Shown one piece after another: positions 28,282 to 39,654 of a DNA stretch of 64,000 bases. Numbering within the stretch: the first letter of the stretch is position 1; every line of letters begins with the position of its first letter. Below the pieces are notes generated by a model. That model saw only the letters and a list, made by a program, of their open reading frames with translations. It made no database searches and was not told the DNA's origin. The DNA comes from Candidatus Limnocylindria bacterium (GTDB lineage: Bacteria; Chloroflexota; Limnocylindria; Limnocylindrales; CSP1-4). Location: positions 20,074 through 84,073 of the forward strand of contig DASPWU010000072.1 of assembly GCA_035637675.1 (NCBI GenBank), written 5' to 3'. Position numbers and translations under genes: made by a program.

Positions 28282-30638
28282 CCGCGACGACCTGGCGCAG
28301 CAACGCCGTCCCGGAGGGTCGCCGCCTGCTCTTCCCGACTCGACCGTCGGAGGGCTGGCTCACCCTGGGCCTGGTGATGCTGCTCGTCCTGCCCATCGCC
28401 TGGTCCATCCAGGATGCTCGATGGGTGCTCGGCGACCGGCGGCTGACCGAATTCCTGCCATATACGGTCCTGGGGGGCGCCGCGCTGGGGATCCTCGGCG
28501 CGAAGGTCGGCTGGGGCCGCTGGCGGACCCACCTCGTCGGCGCAGTCGCCGCGGCGCTGGTCGTGCCGATCCTGGTGGGCATGGTCCTCGAGCCGGGCGG
28601 TGGCGTCGCCGGCTGGTTCCTGGCGACGTCGGACGCGACGACGGAAGCGGTCCTGGATCTCACGATCCGCAACCGGACCGTGACCCAGCAGTACGCCCAC
28701 TTCCTGCTGGTGCTCGGCCTCATCTGCTGGGCGACCGGCCAGTTCGCGGGCTACGCGACGCTCGGCCACCGCCGGCCCCTGGGAGCTGTCTTCGTGACCG
28801 GGCTCGTCCTGCTGTCGAACATGTCGCTGACCCGTCTCGACCAGCTCCAGCTCCTCGTCGTCTTCAGCCTGGCCGCCCTGTTCCTCCTCGTCCGAATCCA
28901 TGCCGACGACGAGCGGTTGGGCTGGCTCCGGCGCCGGATCGGCGACCCGGCCACGGTGACCGATCTCTATCTCCGGGGTGGAACGGTCTTTGTGGTTGCC
29001 GCCGTGATCGGATCGCTGTTCTTGACGAGCGCGGCCGCGTCGGCGCCACTGGCCGGGGCGTTTCGGACCCTGGACCAGCGGCTCATCGACGTCGGCCAGT
29101 CGGTCCAGCGCTACCTGCCGTTCGGTGGGCCGGGCACGCGGCTATCCGGCGACAGCTTTGGGGCAACGGCGTCGATCACCGGACAGTGGGAAACGGACGA
29201 CACCCCCTCGTTGAAGATCCGCCTCCCGCCCGGAGACGCGCATCCGTATTACTGGCGGGCGTTCGTCTACGACCGATTCACGCTCAACGGCTGGACCCTC
29301 GGGGAGAACGTCCAGGAAGACCGGTCGTCGGGCCAGGCGATCCTCGCCGGAACCGGCGATCAGGTTCCGGATCCGACGGTCCGCCATGCGCTCAGCTACA
29401 CCGTCGAGTCGCTCGGCTATAACGGCTCCCCGATCTTCCTTCCCGACGCGCCGGGGACGGTCGAGATGAATACCCGGCTGACGGTCATCGGCAGCGAGCG
29501 CGCATTCGGCGGCCTCGAGGCCGGCGGGTCGTGGAAGACGTACCGGGCGACCTCGCTAGTGCCGACCGAAGGCGACGAGGCCTTCAGCGGCTCCCAGCTG
29601 CGGGCGGCCGGCCGCGAGTATCCGCCCGAGATCCTGGCCCGCTACACGAGCGTCCCGCCCGGTGCGATCGGTCCCGAGGCGCAGAAGCTCCTGGCCCGCA
29701 TCCGCCGGCTGGCCGGCAGCGACAACCCCTATGACCTCGCTCTTGCCGCCGCGACGCTGCTGCGAGGCGGCGAGTTCAACTACGACACAGACGTGCTGGA
29801 CCTCCTCTCGGGGCCCTGCGAGGGGATCAGTGCGGTCGAGTGCTTCGCGCGGTACAAGCGGGGCTACTGCCAGTATTACGCGAGCACCATGGCGATTCTG
29901 CTCCGGGAAGCCGGGGTCCCAACCCGACTCGCCCAGGGTTACCTGCCCGGCGACCGCGATCCCAAGACCAGCATCGAGACGATCCTGAGGAGCAACTCGC
30001 ACGCCTGGGTTGAGGTCTATTTCCCACGCTTCGGCTGGTATACGTTCGATCCGACGGGTGGCGGGCTGACCGTGTTCTCGCCGCTGCCGGCCGGCCGGCC
30101 GGTGCCGACGCCGTCGGCCGCGCCCCGCGCGAGCGGGGACATTGAAAACCCGCCAGGAGCGGAGGCGCGTCGTCCGCCGACGGGAGCAGGCGGAACGACG
30201 GACACGAATTCGTCCGGCCCGGGCAGCGTCCCGTTCATCGTGCTCACGATCCTGCTGGCCCTGGCGGTCGGGGCCCTGGCCTTCCTGGCGTACTGGCGGG
30301 GGCCGCGCCAGGCAGCGGCACCCGACACCGTGTGGTCCGGGGTGGCCCGGCTGGCGGGTCGGTTCGGCTGGGCCCCCAGGCCGACCCAGACGCCATTCGA
30401 GTACGCCCAGGCGCTCGGCGACGTGCTGCCGGTCGCCCGACCGGAGCTCCACGTGGTGGCCATTGCCAAGGTCGAGGCCGCCTACGGCCGGCGGGTCCTC
30501 GACGAGCGGCGGATCGCGGCTCTCCGGGAGTCGTATCGGCGGTTGCGGCTCCTTCTCCTCCGGCTCGCCTTCCGGCGGCGCGGCCGCCGACCGAGCGGGC
30601 GGTCGCGCGGATCCTGGCGGCCGAGGTTCCGTCGCTGA
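28278..30638 (+). CDS. Transglutaminase-domain membrane protein (TgpA-like, DUF3488 plus transglutaminase core)
   Basis: Multi-TM N-terminus. Cys-His-Asp transglutaminase core GYCQYYAS...[21 protein letters not shown]-terminal TM. Confidence 0.8.
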   Translation: MTATTWRSNAVPEGRRLLFPTRPSEGWLTLGLVMLLVLPIAWSIQDARWVLGDRRLTEFLPYTVLGGAALGILGAKVGWGRWRTHLVGAVAAALVVPILVGMVLEPGGGVAGWFLATSDATTEAVLDLTIRNRTVTQQYAHFLLVLGLICWATGQFAGYATLGHRRPLGAVFVTGLVLLSNMSLTRLDQLQLLVVFSLAALFLLVRIHADDERLGWLRRRIGDPATVTDLYLRGGTVFVVAAVIGSLFLTSAAASAPLAGAFRTLDQRLIDVGQSVQRYLPFGGPGTRLSGDSFGATASITGQWETDDTPSLKIRLPPGDAHPYYWRAFVYDRFTLNGWTLGENVQEDRSSGQAILAGTGDQVPDPTVRHALSYTVESLGYNGSPIFLPDAPGTVEMNTRLTVIGSERAFGGLEAGGSWKTYRATSLVPTEGDEAFSGSQLRAAGREYPPEILARYTSVPPGAIGPEAQKLLARIRRLAGSDNPYDLALAAATLLRGGEFNYDTDVLDLLSGPCEGISAVECFARYKRGYCQYYASTMAILLREAGVPTRLAQGYLPGDRDPKTSIETILRSNSHAWVEVYFPRFGWYTFDPTGGGLTVFSPLPAGRPVPTPSAAPRASGDIENPPGAEARRPPTGAGGTTDTNSSGPGSVPFIVLTILLALAVGALAFLAYWRGPRQAAAPDTVWSGVARLAGRFGWAPRPTQTPFEYAQALGDVLPVARPELHVVAIAKVEAAYGRRVLDERRIAALRESYRRLRLLLLRLAFRRRGRRPSGRSRGSWRPRFRR

Positions 30639-32293
30639 TGGCCACGACGTTGGAGCGTATTGACCAGACGACCGAGTGGGCAGCCCTGGCGGGCCACGCC
30701 GCCACGATGCGCGACCGCCACCTGCGGGAGCTCTTCGCGGCCGATCCGGACCGCGGCGCGCGACTGACAGCGGAAGCGGCCGGACTGTTCCTCGACTACT
30801 CGAAGAATCGTCTCACCGACGAGACGCTCGGGCTGCTCGTCGGGCTCGCGGAGCGCGCGGGGCTGCGCGACCGGATCGAGGCGATGTTCCGGGGCGAGCG
30901 GATCAACACGACCGAGGATCGGCCCGTCCTGCACGTCACGCTGCGAGCGCCAAGGGGCACGCGCATCGTGGTGGACGGAGAGGACGTCGTGCCGGGCGTC
31001 CATGCGGTGCTCGACCGGATGGCCGACTTCAGCGAGCGGGTCCGATCCGGCGCGTGGACTGGCCACACGGGCAGCCGGATCCGGGCCGTGGTCAACATCG
31101 GCATCGGCGGATCCGATCTGGGTCCGGCGATGGCCTACGAGGCGCTGCGCTGGTACAGCGACCGGTCCCTGGTCGTGCGTTTCGTCTCCAACGTGGATGG
31201 CACGGACCTGTTCGAGGAGACCCGCGACCTGGACCCGGCGGAGACGCTGTTCGTGGTCTGCTCCAAGACCTTCACCACGCTGGAGACACTGACGAACGCC
31301 CGGTCGGCGCGGGCGTGGCTGCTCGACGGCTTGGGTGGCGACTCGTCGGCGGTGGCCCGCCATTTCGTCGCCGTCTCCACGAACGCCGAGAAGGTCGCGG
31401 AGTTCGGCATCGACACCCAGAATATGTTCGAGTTCTGGGACTGGGTGGGCGGGCGCTACTCGTACGATTCGGCGATCGGGCTGTCGCTCATGATCGCGAT
31501 GGGCCCCGACCGCTTCCGCGAGATGCTAGACGGCTTCCACGCGATGGACGAGCACTTCCGCGGGGCGCCGTTCGAGCGCAACTTGCCGGTCCTCCTGGGC
31601 CTGATCGGCATCTGGTACGGCGACTTCCTGGGGGCCGAGACGCAGGCCATCCTGCCCTACAGCCAGTATCTCGGAAAATTCCCCGCGTACCTCCAGCAGC
31701 TCGACATGGAGAGCAACGGCAAGTCGGTCGACCTGTCCGGGCGGCCGGTCAACGTCCAGACCGGCCCGATCGTGTGGGGCACGCCCGGCACCAACGGCCA
31801 GCATGCCTACTTTCAGCTCATCCACCAGGGGACCCGGCTCATCCCGGCCGACTTCATCGGCTTCGTCCATGCTTCCGAGGAGGTGGGCGGCGAGACCGGC
31901 GGCCACCAGGACCTGCTGATGGCCAACTTCTTCGCCCAGACGGAGGCTCTCGCGTTCGGGCGGACCGCGGATGAGGTCCGGGTCGAGGGCGTGCCGGAGG
32001 CGCAGGTGCCCCACCGGACCTTTCCCGGTAACCGCCCATCGAACACGATCCTGGCCGACCGCCTGGACCCGCGGACGCTGGGCGCGCTGGTCGCCCTCTA
32101 CGAGCACAAGGTCTTCACCCAGGGCACGATCTGGGGCATCGATTCGTTCGATCAGTGGGGCGTGGAGCTGGGCAAGAAGCTCGCCATGCGGATCGCTCCG
32201 GAGCTGACCGCGTCGCCGGCCCCGCCGCTCGCCCACGACGGCTCGACCAACGCACTGATCCGACGCTATCGCGCAGGGCGCGGGCGAGGGTAG
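30638..32293 (+). CDS. pgi: Glucose-6-phosphate isomerase
   Basis: PGI signature regions ([21 protein letters not shown]). ATG overlaps the TgpA stop (TGATG). Confidence 0.9.
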   Translation: MATTLERIDQTTEWAALAGHAATMRDRHLRELFAADPDRGARLTAEAAGLFLDYSKNRLTDETLGLLVGLAERAGLRDRIEAMFRGERINTTEDRPVLHVTLRAPRGTRIVVDGEDVVPGVHAVLDRMADFSERVRSGAWTGHTGSRIRAVVNIGIGGSDLGPAMAYEALRWYSDRSLVVRFVSNVDGTDLFEETRDLDPAETLFVVCSKTFTTLETLTNARSARAWLLDGLGGDSSAVARHFVAVSTNAEKVAEFGIDTQNMFEFWDWVGGRYSYDSAIGLSLMIAMGPDRFREMLDGFHAMDEHFRGAPFERNLPVLLGLIGIWYGDFLGAETQAILPYSQYLGKFPAYLQQLDMESNGKSVDLSGRPVNVQTGPIVWGTPGTNGQHAYFQLIHQGTRLIPADFIGFVHASEEVGGETGGHQDLLMANFFAQTEALAFGRTADEVRVEGVPEAQVPHRTFPGNRPSNTILADRLDPRTLGALVALYEHKVFTQGTIWGIDSFDQWGVELGKKLAMRIAPELTASPAPPLAHDGSTNALIRRYRAGRGRG

Positions 32294-32321
32294 AGCTCGG
32301 GGCCGAGGGGCGCGGCCGACC

Positions 32322-33110
32322 CTAGAGGGCGCCGGTCGCCTCCCGGCTGGCGGCCTCGGCCTCCGCCCTGGGCTCTTCCGCGAGCACGGCCAGGTGCTCG
32401 ACGAGATTGTGCGCGCGGAGGACACCCCGGCCATCCCGCAGCTCGACGACCGTCAGGCCGCACAGGGCGAACGAGAATGCCCAGAACCGCTCGAGCGGCA
32501 GGCCGAGTAGCGCCAGGACGACGAGCTTGAAGACGCCGTCGTGGCCAACCAGCAGGCTCCATGGCGCATCCGCTCCGGCCGGACCCGGGTAGCCCGCAAC
32601 CGCGCCGCGCCCCGACCACGAGGATGAAGCCTGCGCTTCCGGGGTGGAGGCCAGGCGTGCCACTGCCCGACCGACGGCTGCCCGAGCCCGTCCGGCCGCG
32701 TCCATCACCGACTCGCCGCCCGGGGCGTGGGCCCGGAGCGGATCGCGACGCCACGCGGCCAGCAACTCGCCGTCTTCGGCCTCGATCTCCTCGCGGCGCT
32801 TGCCCTCCCAGCGCCCCTGGGCCAGCTCCTTCAGGTCGGGCTCCGGGCGGAGCGGGGGTGGAGACCCGACCCGGCCGTCCATCGCCGCGGCCACCAGCTC
32901 CGCCGTACGGGCGGCGCGCAACAGCGGCGAATGGACGATCTCCAGCGGGGGTATCGGCGAGATCGGCAGGGCCGGCCGCTCGCCGGGCCGGGCTAGGCGC
33001 TCCGCCGTGAGGGCTGCCTGGCGCTCGCCGAGCGGCGATAGCGGGGAGTCGGCCTGGCCCTGGAAGCGGCCCTCCGTGATGTGGACCGACTCGCCGTGCC
33101 GGAGCAGCAC
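32322..33110 (-). CDS. Histidine phosphatase (phosphoglycerate mutase-like) family protein
   Basis: GTG start giving MLLRHGES. The RHG catalytic motif is at the N-terminus. It is downstream of serA in the same operon. The long overlapping ORF 32322-34667 is otherwise artefactual. Confidence 0.6.
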   Translation of the reverse strand: MLLRHGESVHITEGRFQGQADSPLSPLGERQAALTAERLARPGERPALPISPIPPLEIVHSPLLRAARTAELVAAAMDGRVGSPPPLRPEPDLKELAQGRWEGKRREEIEAEDGELLAAWRRDPLRAHAPGGESVMDAAGRARAAVGRAVARLASTPEAQASSSWSGRGAVAGYPGPAGADAPWSLLVGHDGVFKLVVLALLGLPLERFWAFSFALCGLTVVELRDGRGVLRAHNLVEHLAVLAEEPRAEAEAASREATGAL

Positions 33111-33166
33111 GATCGCCGCCTCGACACCGGCCGGAATCTGCAGCCCCGCCGAGCTCGGCGGATCGC

Positions 33167-34768
33167 TCAGCGGTCGGTCCCCAGACGGATCGTCCACAGG
33201 TCCAGGACCGCCTCCTGGGCGCGGATCGCATCGGCCACCGCCGGCGGCACCTCCTCGTCGAGAGCCAGGATCATGAACGCATCCTGGCGAAGGCCCGACC
33301 GGGCCAGGTGCATCGCGCTGATGTTCACGTCGGCGTCGCCCAGCATGATCCCGATCCGGCCCATCGTGCCGGGCTTGTCCTGGTGACGGGTGAGGAGCAT
33401 GTGGGTCGTGGGAGCCATGTCCAGCCAGTACTCGTTCAGGCGGGCGAAGCGTGGCTCGCCGTACGCAACCGTGCCGCCGACCGTCGTGGTCGCCCCGGCC
33501 GCCTCCCCGGACAGCGTCAGGAGGGAAGCGAACGCACCGGCCTCCGACGTCTTGCGCTCCACCACCGTGATGCCTCGAGCCCTGGCCAGAGAGGCGGCGT
33601 TGACGAGGTTGACCCGCTCCGTGGTCGCGTTCTCCAGGAGACCTCGCAGCACGGCCGCGGTCAGCGGCGAGACGTCGTGGGTCGCCAGCTCGCCGGCCAC
33701 CTCCAGGGTCAGCGTCCGGACGCCGGTCCGGCAGAACTGGCGGAAGAACCGGCCCAGCGTCTCGGCGAGCGGGAGGTACGGGGCAATGGCCTGGGCCGTC
33801 TCGGGCGTGAGCAGCGGCGAGTTGACGGCGTAGCGGGCCGAACGGCCGTCGAGGACATCGACGATCTGGGCGGCGACCTCCTCGGCCACTCGGACCTGGG
33901 CCTCGGCCGTCGAGGCCCCCAGGTGTGGCGTCAGGAGCGTGTTCGGGGCGTCGAGAAGCGGCGAAGGTGGATTCGGGTCGAAGGGCGGCTCGTGCTCGAA
34001 GACGTCCACGGCCGCGCCGGCCAGGCGGCCGTCCCGCAATGCGGCGGCCACGGCCGCCTCGTCGACCACCCCTCCGCGGGCCACGTTGAGCAGCAGGGCC
34101 GTGGGCTTCATGAGCCCGAGCTGGCGCGAGCCGATGAGTCCGCGCGTGTCGTGGGTGAGCGGCACGTGGACCGTCACGACGTCCGAGCGCCGCAGGAGAT
34201 CGTCGAGGCGGACCAGCTCGATGCCCCGCAACGCCGCCTGCTCGGCCGTGACGTAGGGGTCCTCGGCCAGGACGGTCATCTCCATCGCCCGGGCGCGATC
34301 GGCGATGGCCAGGCCGATCTTGCCGAGCCCGATGATCCCCAGCGTCTTGCCCCGTAGCTCGACGCCCGTCAGCCCGGCGCGCGCCTGCTGCCACTCCCGC
34401 CGGCGCATCGCCCCGTCGGCCTCGGGCAGGTGCCGCGCCAGGCCGTACATGAGCGCCAGGGTGTGTTCGGCGGCCGCGATCGTGTTGCCGGTGGGCGCGT
34501 TGACGACGACGATCCCGGCCCGGGTCGCCGCGTCGAGCGCGACGTTGTCCACGCCGACCCCCGCCCGGCCGATGACGACGAGCCGGCTGCCCGCCGCGAT
34601 GAGATCGCTGTCGACCTGGACCTGGCTGCGCACGACGAGGGCGTCGTACTCGCCGATGATCGCGCACAGCTCGTCGCGCGAGAGGCCCACCTTCTGGTCG
34701 ACGTCATGGTGGGCGCGAAGCAGCGCGACGCCCTCCTCGGCGAGCGGCTCGGCGACGAGCACCCTCAT
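33167..34768 (-). CDS. serA: D-3-phosphoglycerate dehydrogenase with C-terminal ACT domain
   Basis: MRVLVAEPLAEEGVALL, NAD-binding GxGxxG (GRAGVGVD), ACT domain at the C-terminus. ATG overlaps the upstream aminotransferase stop (ATGA). Confidence 0.9.
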   Translation of the reverse strand: MRVLVAEPLAEEGVALLRAHHDVDQKVGLSRDELCAIIGEYDALVVRSQVQVDSDLIAAGSRLVVIGRAGVGVDNVALDAATRAGIVVVNAPTGNTIAAAEHTLALMYGLARHLPEADGAMRRREWQQARAGLTGVELRGKTLGIIGLGKIGLAIADRARAMEMTVLAEDPYVTAEQAALRGIELVRLDDLLRRSDVVTVHVPLTHDTRGLIGSRQLGLMKPTALLLNVARGGVVDEAAVAAALRDGRLAGAAVDVFEHEPPFDPNPPSPLLDAPNTLLTPHLGASTAEAQVRVAEEVAAQIVDVLDGRSARYAVNSPLLTPETAQAIAPYLPLAETLGRFFRQFCRTGVRTLTLEVAGELATHDVSPLTAAVLRGLLENATTERVNLVNAASLARARGITVVERKTSEAGAFASLLTLSGEAAGATTTVGGTVAYGEPRFARLNEYWLDMAPTTHMLLTRHQDKPGTMGRIGIMLGDADVNISAMHLARSGLRQDAFMILALDEEVPPAVADAIRAQEAVLDLWTIRLGTDR

Positions 34769-35949
34769 CCGCGGGCCTCGACGCCGGCGATCAGGCCCAG
34801 GCTCTCCAGGCCGGCTCGCTGGCCGGCGGCAACGCCCGCGCCCGGCGTCACCTGGCGGCCGAGGGCGAGGAGCCCCTCCTCGATGGCGCCAAGGCAGCCG
34901 AGGATCTCGTCCAGGGTGACCGTACCCAGGTGGCCGATCCGGAAGACCTTGCCGGACAGCTTGCCCTGGCCGCCTGCCACGACGAGCTTCCGCCGCTTGA
35001 GCTGGGCATTGAACGCCTTCCAGTCGAGGTCGTCCGGCAGGTGGACGCAGGTCACGGTCGTGGAGGCGTGCGCCGGATCGGGGAACAGCCGGAAGCCCAG
35101 CGCGTCGAGGCCGGCGCGGGTCGCCGCGGCGCACGCCGCATGCCGGGCGAAGATCGCCTCGCTGCCCTCGTCGCGCATCAGGCCGATCGCGACGTCCAGC
35201 TGGAAGACGACCGCGACGGCCGGCGTCCACGGCGTCTGGCCGCTGGCCTGGCTCTCGCGGTGCTTCGCCAGGTCCAGGTAGTAGCGCGGCATGCGAGCGG
35301 TCGCGCCCGCCTGCCAGGCTCGCTCCGAGACGCTCACGAAGGCCATGCCGGGTGCCGCCATCCAGCTCTTCTGCGAGCCCGACACGACGACGTCCAAGCC
35401 CCACGCGTCCTGCCGGAACGGCACCGCGCCGACGCCCGACACGCCGTCGACGAGGATGAGCGCGTCGGGCGCGAGCTCGCGGACCACACCCGCCAGGTCG
35501 GCGATCGGGTTCATGACGCCGGTCGACGTCTCGTTGTGGGTCAGGAGGACCGCCTGCCAGGGGCCGCCGGCGCGGAGCGCGTCGGCCAGCGCGTCGGGCT
35601 CGGCGGCCTTGCCCCATGGCACGTCGAGCCTGGTGACCTCAGCACCGTACGTCGAGGCGATCGCCGCGAACCGGTCGCCAAACGCGCCGATGCTCACCGC
35701 CAGGACTCGATCGCCCGGGGAGAGCGTGTTGACGATCGCGGCCTCCAGGCCACCCGTTCCGGCACAGGTCAGGAGAACGATGTCGTTGGCCGTGCCGAAG
35801 AACTCGCGCAGGCCGCCCACGACGCGCTCCTGCATCCCGGCGAATTCGGGCCCGCGATGATTGATCATCTGGCGGGCGCCCGCCTCGCGCACGGCCGACG
35901 GCAGGGAGGTGGGGCCCGGGATTCGCAGGTTCGTCTCGAAGCGGTTCAC
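34765..35949 (-). CDS. Class V aminotransferase (phosphoserine / serine-glyoxylate aminotransferase-like)
   Basis: PLP-lysine motif VVSGSQKSW. Class V fold. GTG start preceded by GGAGG. Likely serC function given coupling to serA. Confidence 0.75.
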   Translation of the reverse strand: MNRFETNLRIPGPTSLPSAVREAGARQMINHRGPEFAGMQERVVGGLREFFGTANDIVLLTCAGTGGLEAAIVNTLSPGDRVLAVSIGAFGDRFAAIASTYGAEVTRLDVPWGKAAEPDALADALRAGGPWQAVLLTHNETSTGVMNPIADLAGVVRELAPDALILVDGVSGVGAVPFRQDAWGLDVVVSGSQKSWMAAPGMAFVSVSERAWQAGATARMPRYYLDLAKHRESQASGQTPWTPAVAVVFQLDVAIGLMRDEGSEAIFARHAACAAATRAGLDALGFRLFPDPAHASTTVTCVHLPDDLDWKAFNAQLKRRKLVVAGGQGKLSGKVFRIGHLGTVTLDEILGCLGAIEEGLLALGRQVTPGAGVAAGQRAGLESLGLIAGVEARG

Positions 35950-36032
35950 GGAGGCCTCCAGGCGGGGTGGGGGAGCCTCCATCGTAGCCTCCCAGCGCCG
36001 ACCGGCGCCAGCGGCGGCCGCCGAATCCTGGC

Positions 36033-36290
36033 CTAGCGGCGCGGCTCCCCGGCGATCGCCGAGATCACCAGGCGGACGAGGACGGCACCGATGAATGCGA
36101 CCAGGAGCGCCCCGAGGAATCCGCCCGGGTCGCCGAGTCGCAGCTCTCGTGCGAGGAACCCGCCGACGATGCCACCCAGGATGCCGACGAGGAGGTTGGG
36201 CAGGCAGCCGCGGGCGGTGTGTCCTGGCACGACGAGCGACGACAGCCAGCCGGCGAGCACGCCGATGACGATCCAGCCGATGAGGTCCAT
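36033..36290 (-). CDS. GlsB/YeaQ/YmgE family (transglycosylase-associated) small membrane protein
   Basis: MDLIGWIVIGVLAGWLSSLVVPG...LLVGILGGIVGGFLA is the canonical family sequence. Confidence 0.75.
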   Translation of the reverse strand: MDLIGWIVIGVLAGWLSSLVVPGHTARGCLPNLLVGILGGIVGGFLARELRLGDPGGFLGALLVAFIGAVLVRLVISAIAGEPRR

Positions 36291-36381
36291 GGCATCAGTC
36301 TCGCATGTTGCGGCCCGCCCGGGACGGGCCGAACCGCGTGTTGCTCAGCCGCCAGCGTCCTGCTTCTCCGTCTCGCTGGGC

Positions 36382-36410
36382 TTGACAGCGCCCGCCGTTG
36401 CGGCAATACT
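36382..36410 (+). promoter_or_regulatory. Sigma70-type promoter (TTGACA-17-AATACT) positioned for a leaderless ArsR mRNA
   Basis: TTGACA at 36382-36387, 17-nt spacer, AATACT at 36405-36410, then 7 nt to the ATG at 36418. Confidence 0.45.
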
Positions 36411-36417
36411 GAACCTG

Positions 36418-36753
36418 ATGGTTCACTATTCACCGGTCGATCGGACGTTCGCCGCGCTGGCCGACCCCACCCGCCGAGTCGTGCTCGAGCGGCTGGGGCA
36501 GGGAAGCGCCACGATCAGCGAGCTCGCCGAACCGTTCGGCATGTCGCTGACCGGAATGAAGAAGCACGTCCGCATCCTCGAGGAAGCCCAGCTCGTCGCC
36601 ACCGTCAAGGTGGGTCGGACGCGGCTGTGCCACCTGGGGCCGCGGCGGCTCGACGACGTCCGGGGGTGGGTCGACGTCTACCGGCAGATGGTGAACGAAC
36701 AGCTCGATCGGTTCGGGGACGTCCTCGACCGAACGAAAGGAGACCGACAGTGA
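36418..36753 (+). CDS. ArsR/SmtB family transcriptional regulator
   Basis: ALADPTRRVVLERL...ISELAEPFGMSLTGMKKHVRILEEAQLV winged HTH. Confidence 0.8.
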   Translation: MVHYSPVDRTFAALADPTRRVVLERLGQGSATISELAEPFGMSLTGMKKHVRILEEAQLVATVKVGRTRLCHLGPRRLDDVRGWVDVYRQMVNEQLDRFGDVLDRTKGDRQ

Positions 36754-37238
36754 CCGTCGATCAGCAGAGCCCCCACGCCGTCAGCTTCACGAAGCCGAGC
36801 GACCTCGAGTTCAAGGTGGAGCGGACCTTCGATCATCCGATCGAGCGGGTCTGGGCCGCCTATACCGATCCCGCCCTGATCCCCCAGTGGTGGGGCCAGG
36901 GGACGACGGTCGATCGCCTCGACGTCCGAACCGGTGGCGGCTATCGGTTCGTGTCGAACCCGGGCACCGACAAGGAGAGCGCGGTCAGCGGCGACTTCCT
37001 CGAGGTCAGCCCGCCCGACCGCCTCGTCCAGACGTTCGAGATGGAGGGACCATACGGCAAGCCGTTCACCCAGACAGTCGAGCTCGAGCGGGTCGGCGAC
37101 GGGACGCTCCTCGCGATCACTTCGCGGTTCGACTCGACCGAGGAGCGCGACGGCGTCGTCAACTACGGTGCAGAGCAGGGCGCGATGGGCGGCTGGGCCC
37201 GCCTGGACGCGTTGCTGAAGCAGCTCGCCGCCGCGTAA
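36750..37238 (+). CDS. SRPBCC / Aha1-domain protein
   Basis: GTGA overlap with the ArsR stop, preceded by AAGGAG. IERVWAAYTDPALIPQWW is typical of AHSA1/SRPBCC proteins. Forms the classic ArsR pair. Confidence 0.75.
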   Translation: MTVDQQSPHAVSFTKPSDLEFKVERTFDHPIERVWAAYTDPALIPQWWGQGTTVDRLDVRTGGGYRFVSNPGTDKESAVSGDFLEVSPPDRLVQTFEMEGPYGKPFTQTVELERVGDGTLLAITSRFDSTEERDGVVNYGAEQGAMGGWARLDALLKQLAAA

Positions 37239-37269
37239 CCAGCCCCGCACCCACACAGCATCGCGAGAT

Positions 37270-37298
37270 CACGGCCGACCCGCACCGGGTCGGCCGTG
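37270..37298. terminator. Bidirectional terminator-like hairpin between convergent SRPBCC and rarA genes
   Basis: CACGGCCGACCC gcacc GGGTCGGCCGTG is a perfect 12-bp inverted repeat. No U-tract, as in I-shaped hairpin terminators of high-GC bacteria. Confidence 0.4.
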
Positions 37299-37427
37299 TC
37301 GTACCCTCCACCGGGCCGGAATGCAGTCGAGATCGCAATCCCGGACCATGACCGCCATGGTTTAGGTCGAGGTAGACGAGCTTCGGGGGCCGCGGCGAGA
37401 CCAACAGCTTGGTCGGCCAGATGTAGG

Positions 37428-38951
<1,524 letters not shown>

Positions 38952-39000
38952 GAGCCCATCGTAAGCCGGATCTCCGCACCGGCGATACGGGACCGGTCGG

Positions 39001-39654
39001 TCAGTCGGGCGTGTGGTGCGACCGGCCGAGCCCGAGCGGACCCAGCATCCGGCGGATCACCGGAATCCAGAAGGCCGCGCCGAACAGCTGAGCCAGGACG
39101 ATCCAGATGACGAGGAGAGACGGCACACCGACGATCAGGGCGGGCACCACGATGTCGCCCAGCGTGGCGAACGCACCACCGCCACCGCTCTCGGTCGGCC
39201 CGGCCCCGGCGGCAGACGAGGGGGAGGTGCCGGGCGAAGACTGGTCGAGTGACTCGACGGGCGGCGATGCGCCGGGCGACGACTCGCCGGCGCTGGGGCT
39301 TGGGCTGGGCGGCGCCGTCGGCACAGGACCGATCGTGGGCACGGGACCGATCGTGGGCACAGGACCGATCGTCGGCACGGGACTGATCGTGGGCACAGGA
39401 CCGATCGTCGGAAGCGGAAGCGTGGGCAGCGGGGAGATCGTCGGCAGCGGAAGCGTGGGCAGGGGACCGACGGTCGGCAGGAGACGAACCGTCGGGAGCG
39501 GCATCAGCGACGGCAACGGCGAGACGAGCGCGAGGCTCGGCAGCGGCAGGACCAGCGCGTGGGCCGGCGCGACGGCGAGGAGCGGAATGATCGACAGGGC
39601 GACGCCCACGAGGATCGACGACCCGCGGCGTCTCCGCCCCGGGTCAGGCGACAT
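39001..39654 (-). CDS. Exported/membrane Pro-Thr-rich tandem-repeat protein
   Basis: N-terminal RRRRGSSILVGVALSIIPLLAVAPAHA signal-like segment. Repeats PTIGPVPTIGPVPTIGPV and LPTLPLPTISP. C-terminal TM helix. Confidence 0.55.
   Translation of the reverse strand: MSPDPGRRRRGSSILVGVALSIIPLLAVAPAHALVLPLPSLALVSPLPSLMPLPTVRLLPTVGPLPTLPLPTISPLPTLPLPTIGPVPTISPVPTIGPVPTIGPVPTIGPVPTAPPSPSPSAGESSPGASPPVESLDQSSPGTSPSSAAGAGPTESGGGGAFATLGDIVVPALIVGVPSLLVIWIVLAQLFGAAFWIPVIRRMLGPLGLGRSHHTPD
39300..39480. repeat. 18-bp tandem repeats (ggcacnggaccgatcgtg and variants), at least 8 units
   Basis: Plus-strand ggcacaggaccgatcgtgggcacgggaccgatcgtgggcacaggaccgatcgtcggcacgggactgatcgtg..., encoding the PTIGPV repeats on the minus strand. 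Confidence 0.6.

Noticed and set aside
32322-35617. Long minus-strand ORFs of 781 aa (32322-34667) and 816 aa (33167-35617) spanning serA and the aminotransferase in alternative frames
   Set aside because: Only the parts corresponding to the histidine phosphatase (3' end of the first) and serA (3' part of the second) have protein-like sequence. The rest is Arg/Pro/Gly-rich frame artefact. The real gene boundaries are set by the ATGA overlap and motifs.
36065-36433. 122-aa minus-strand ORF overlapping the GlsB-family gene in another frame
   Set aside because: The GlsB/YeaQ/YmgE reading frame (36033-36290) has a textbook family sequence. The overlapping frame is Ser/Ala/Arg-rich and extends into the ArsR promoter.
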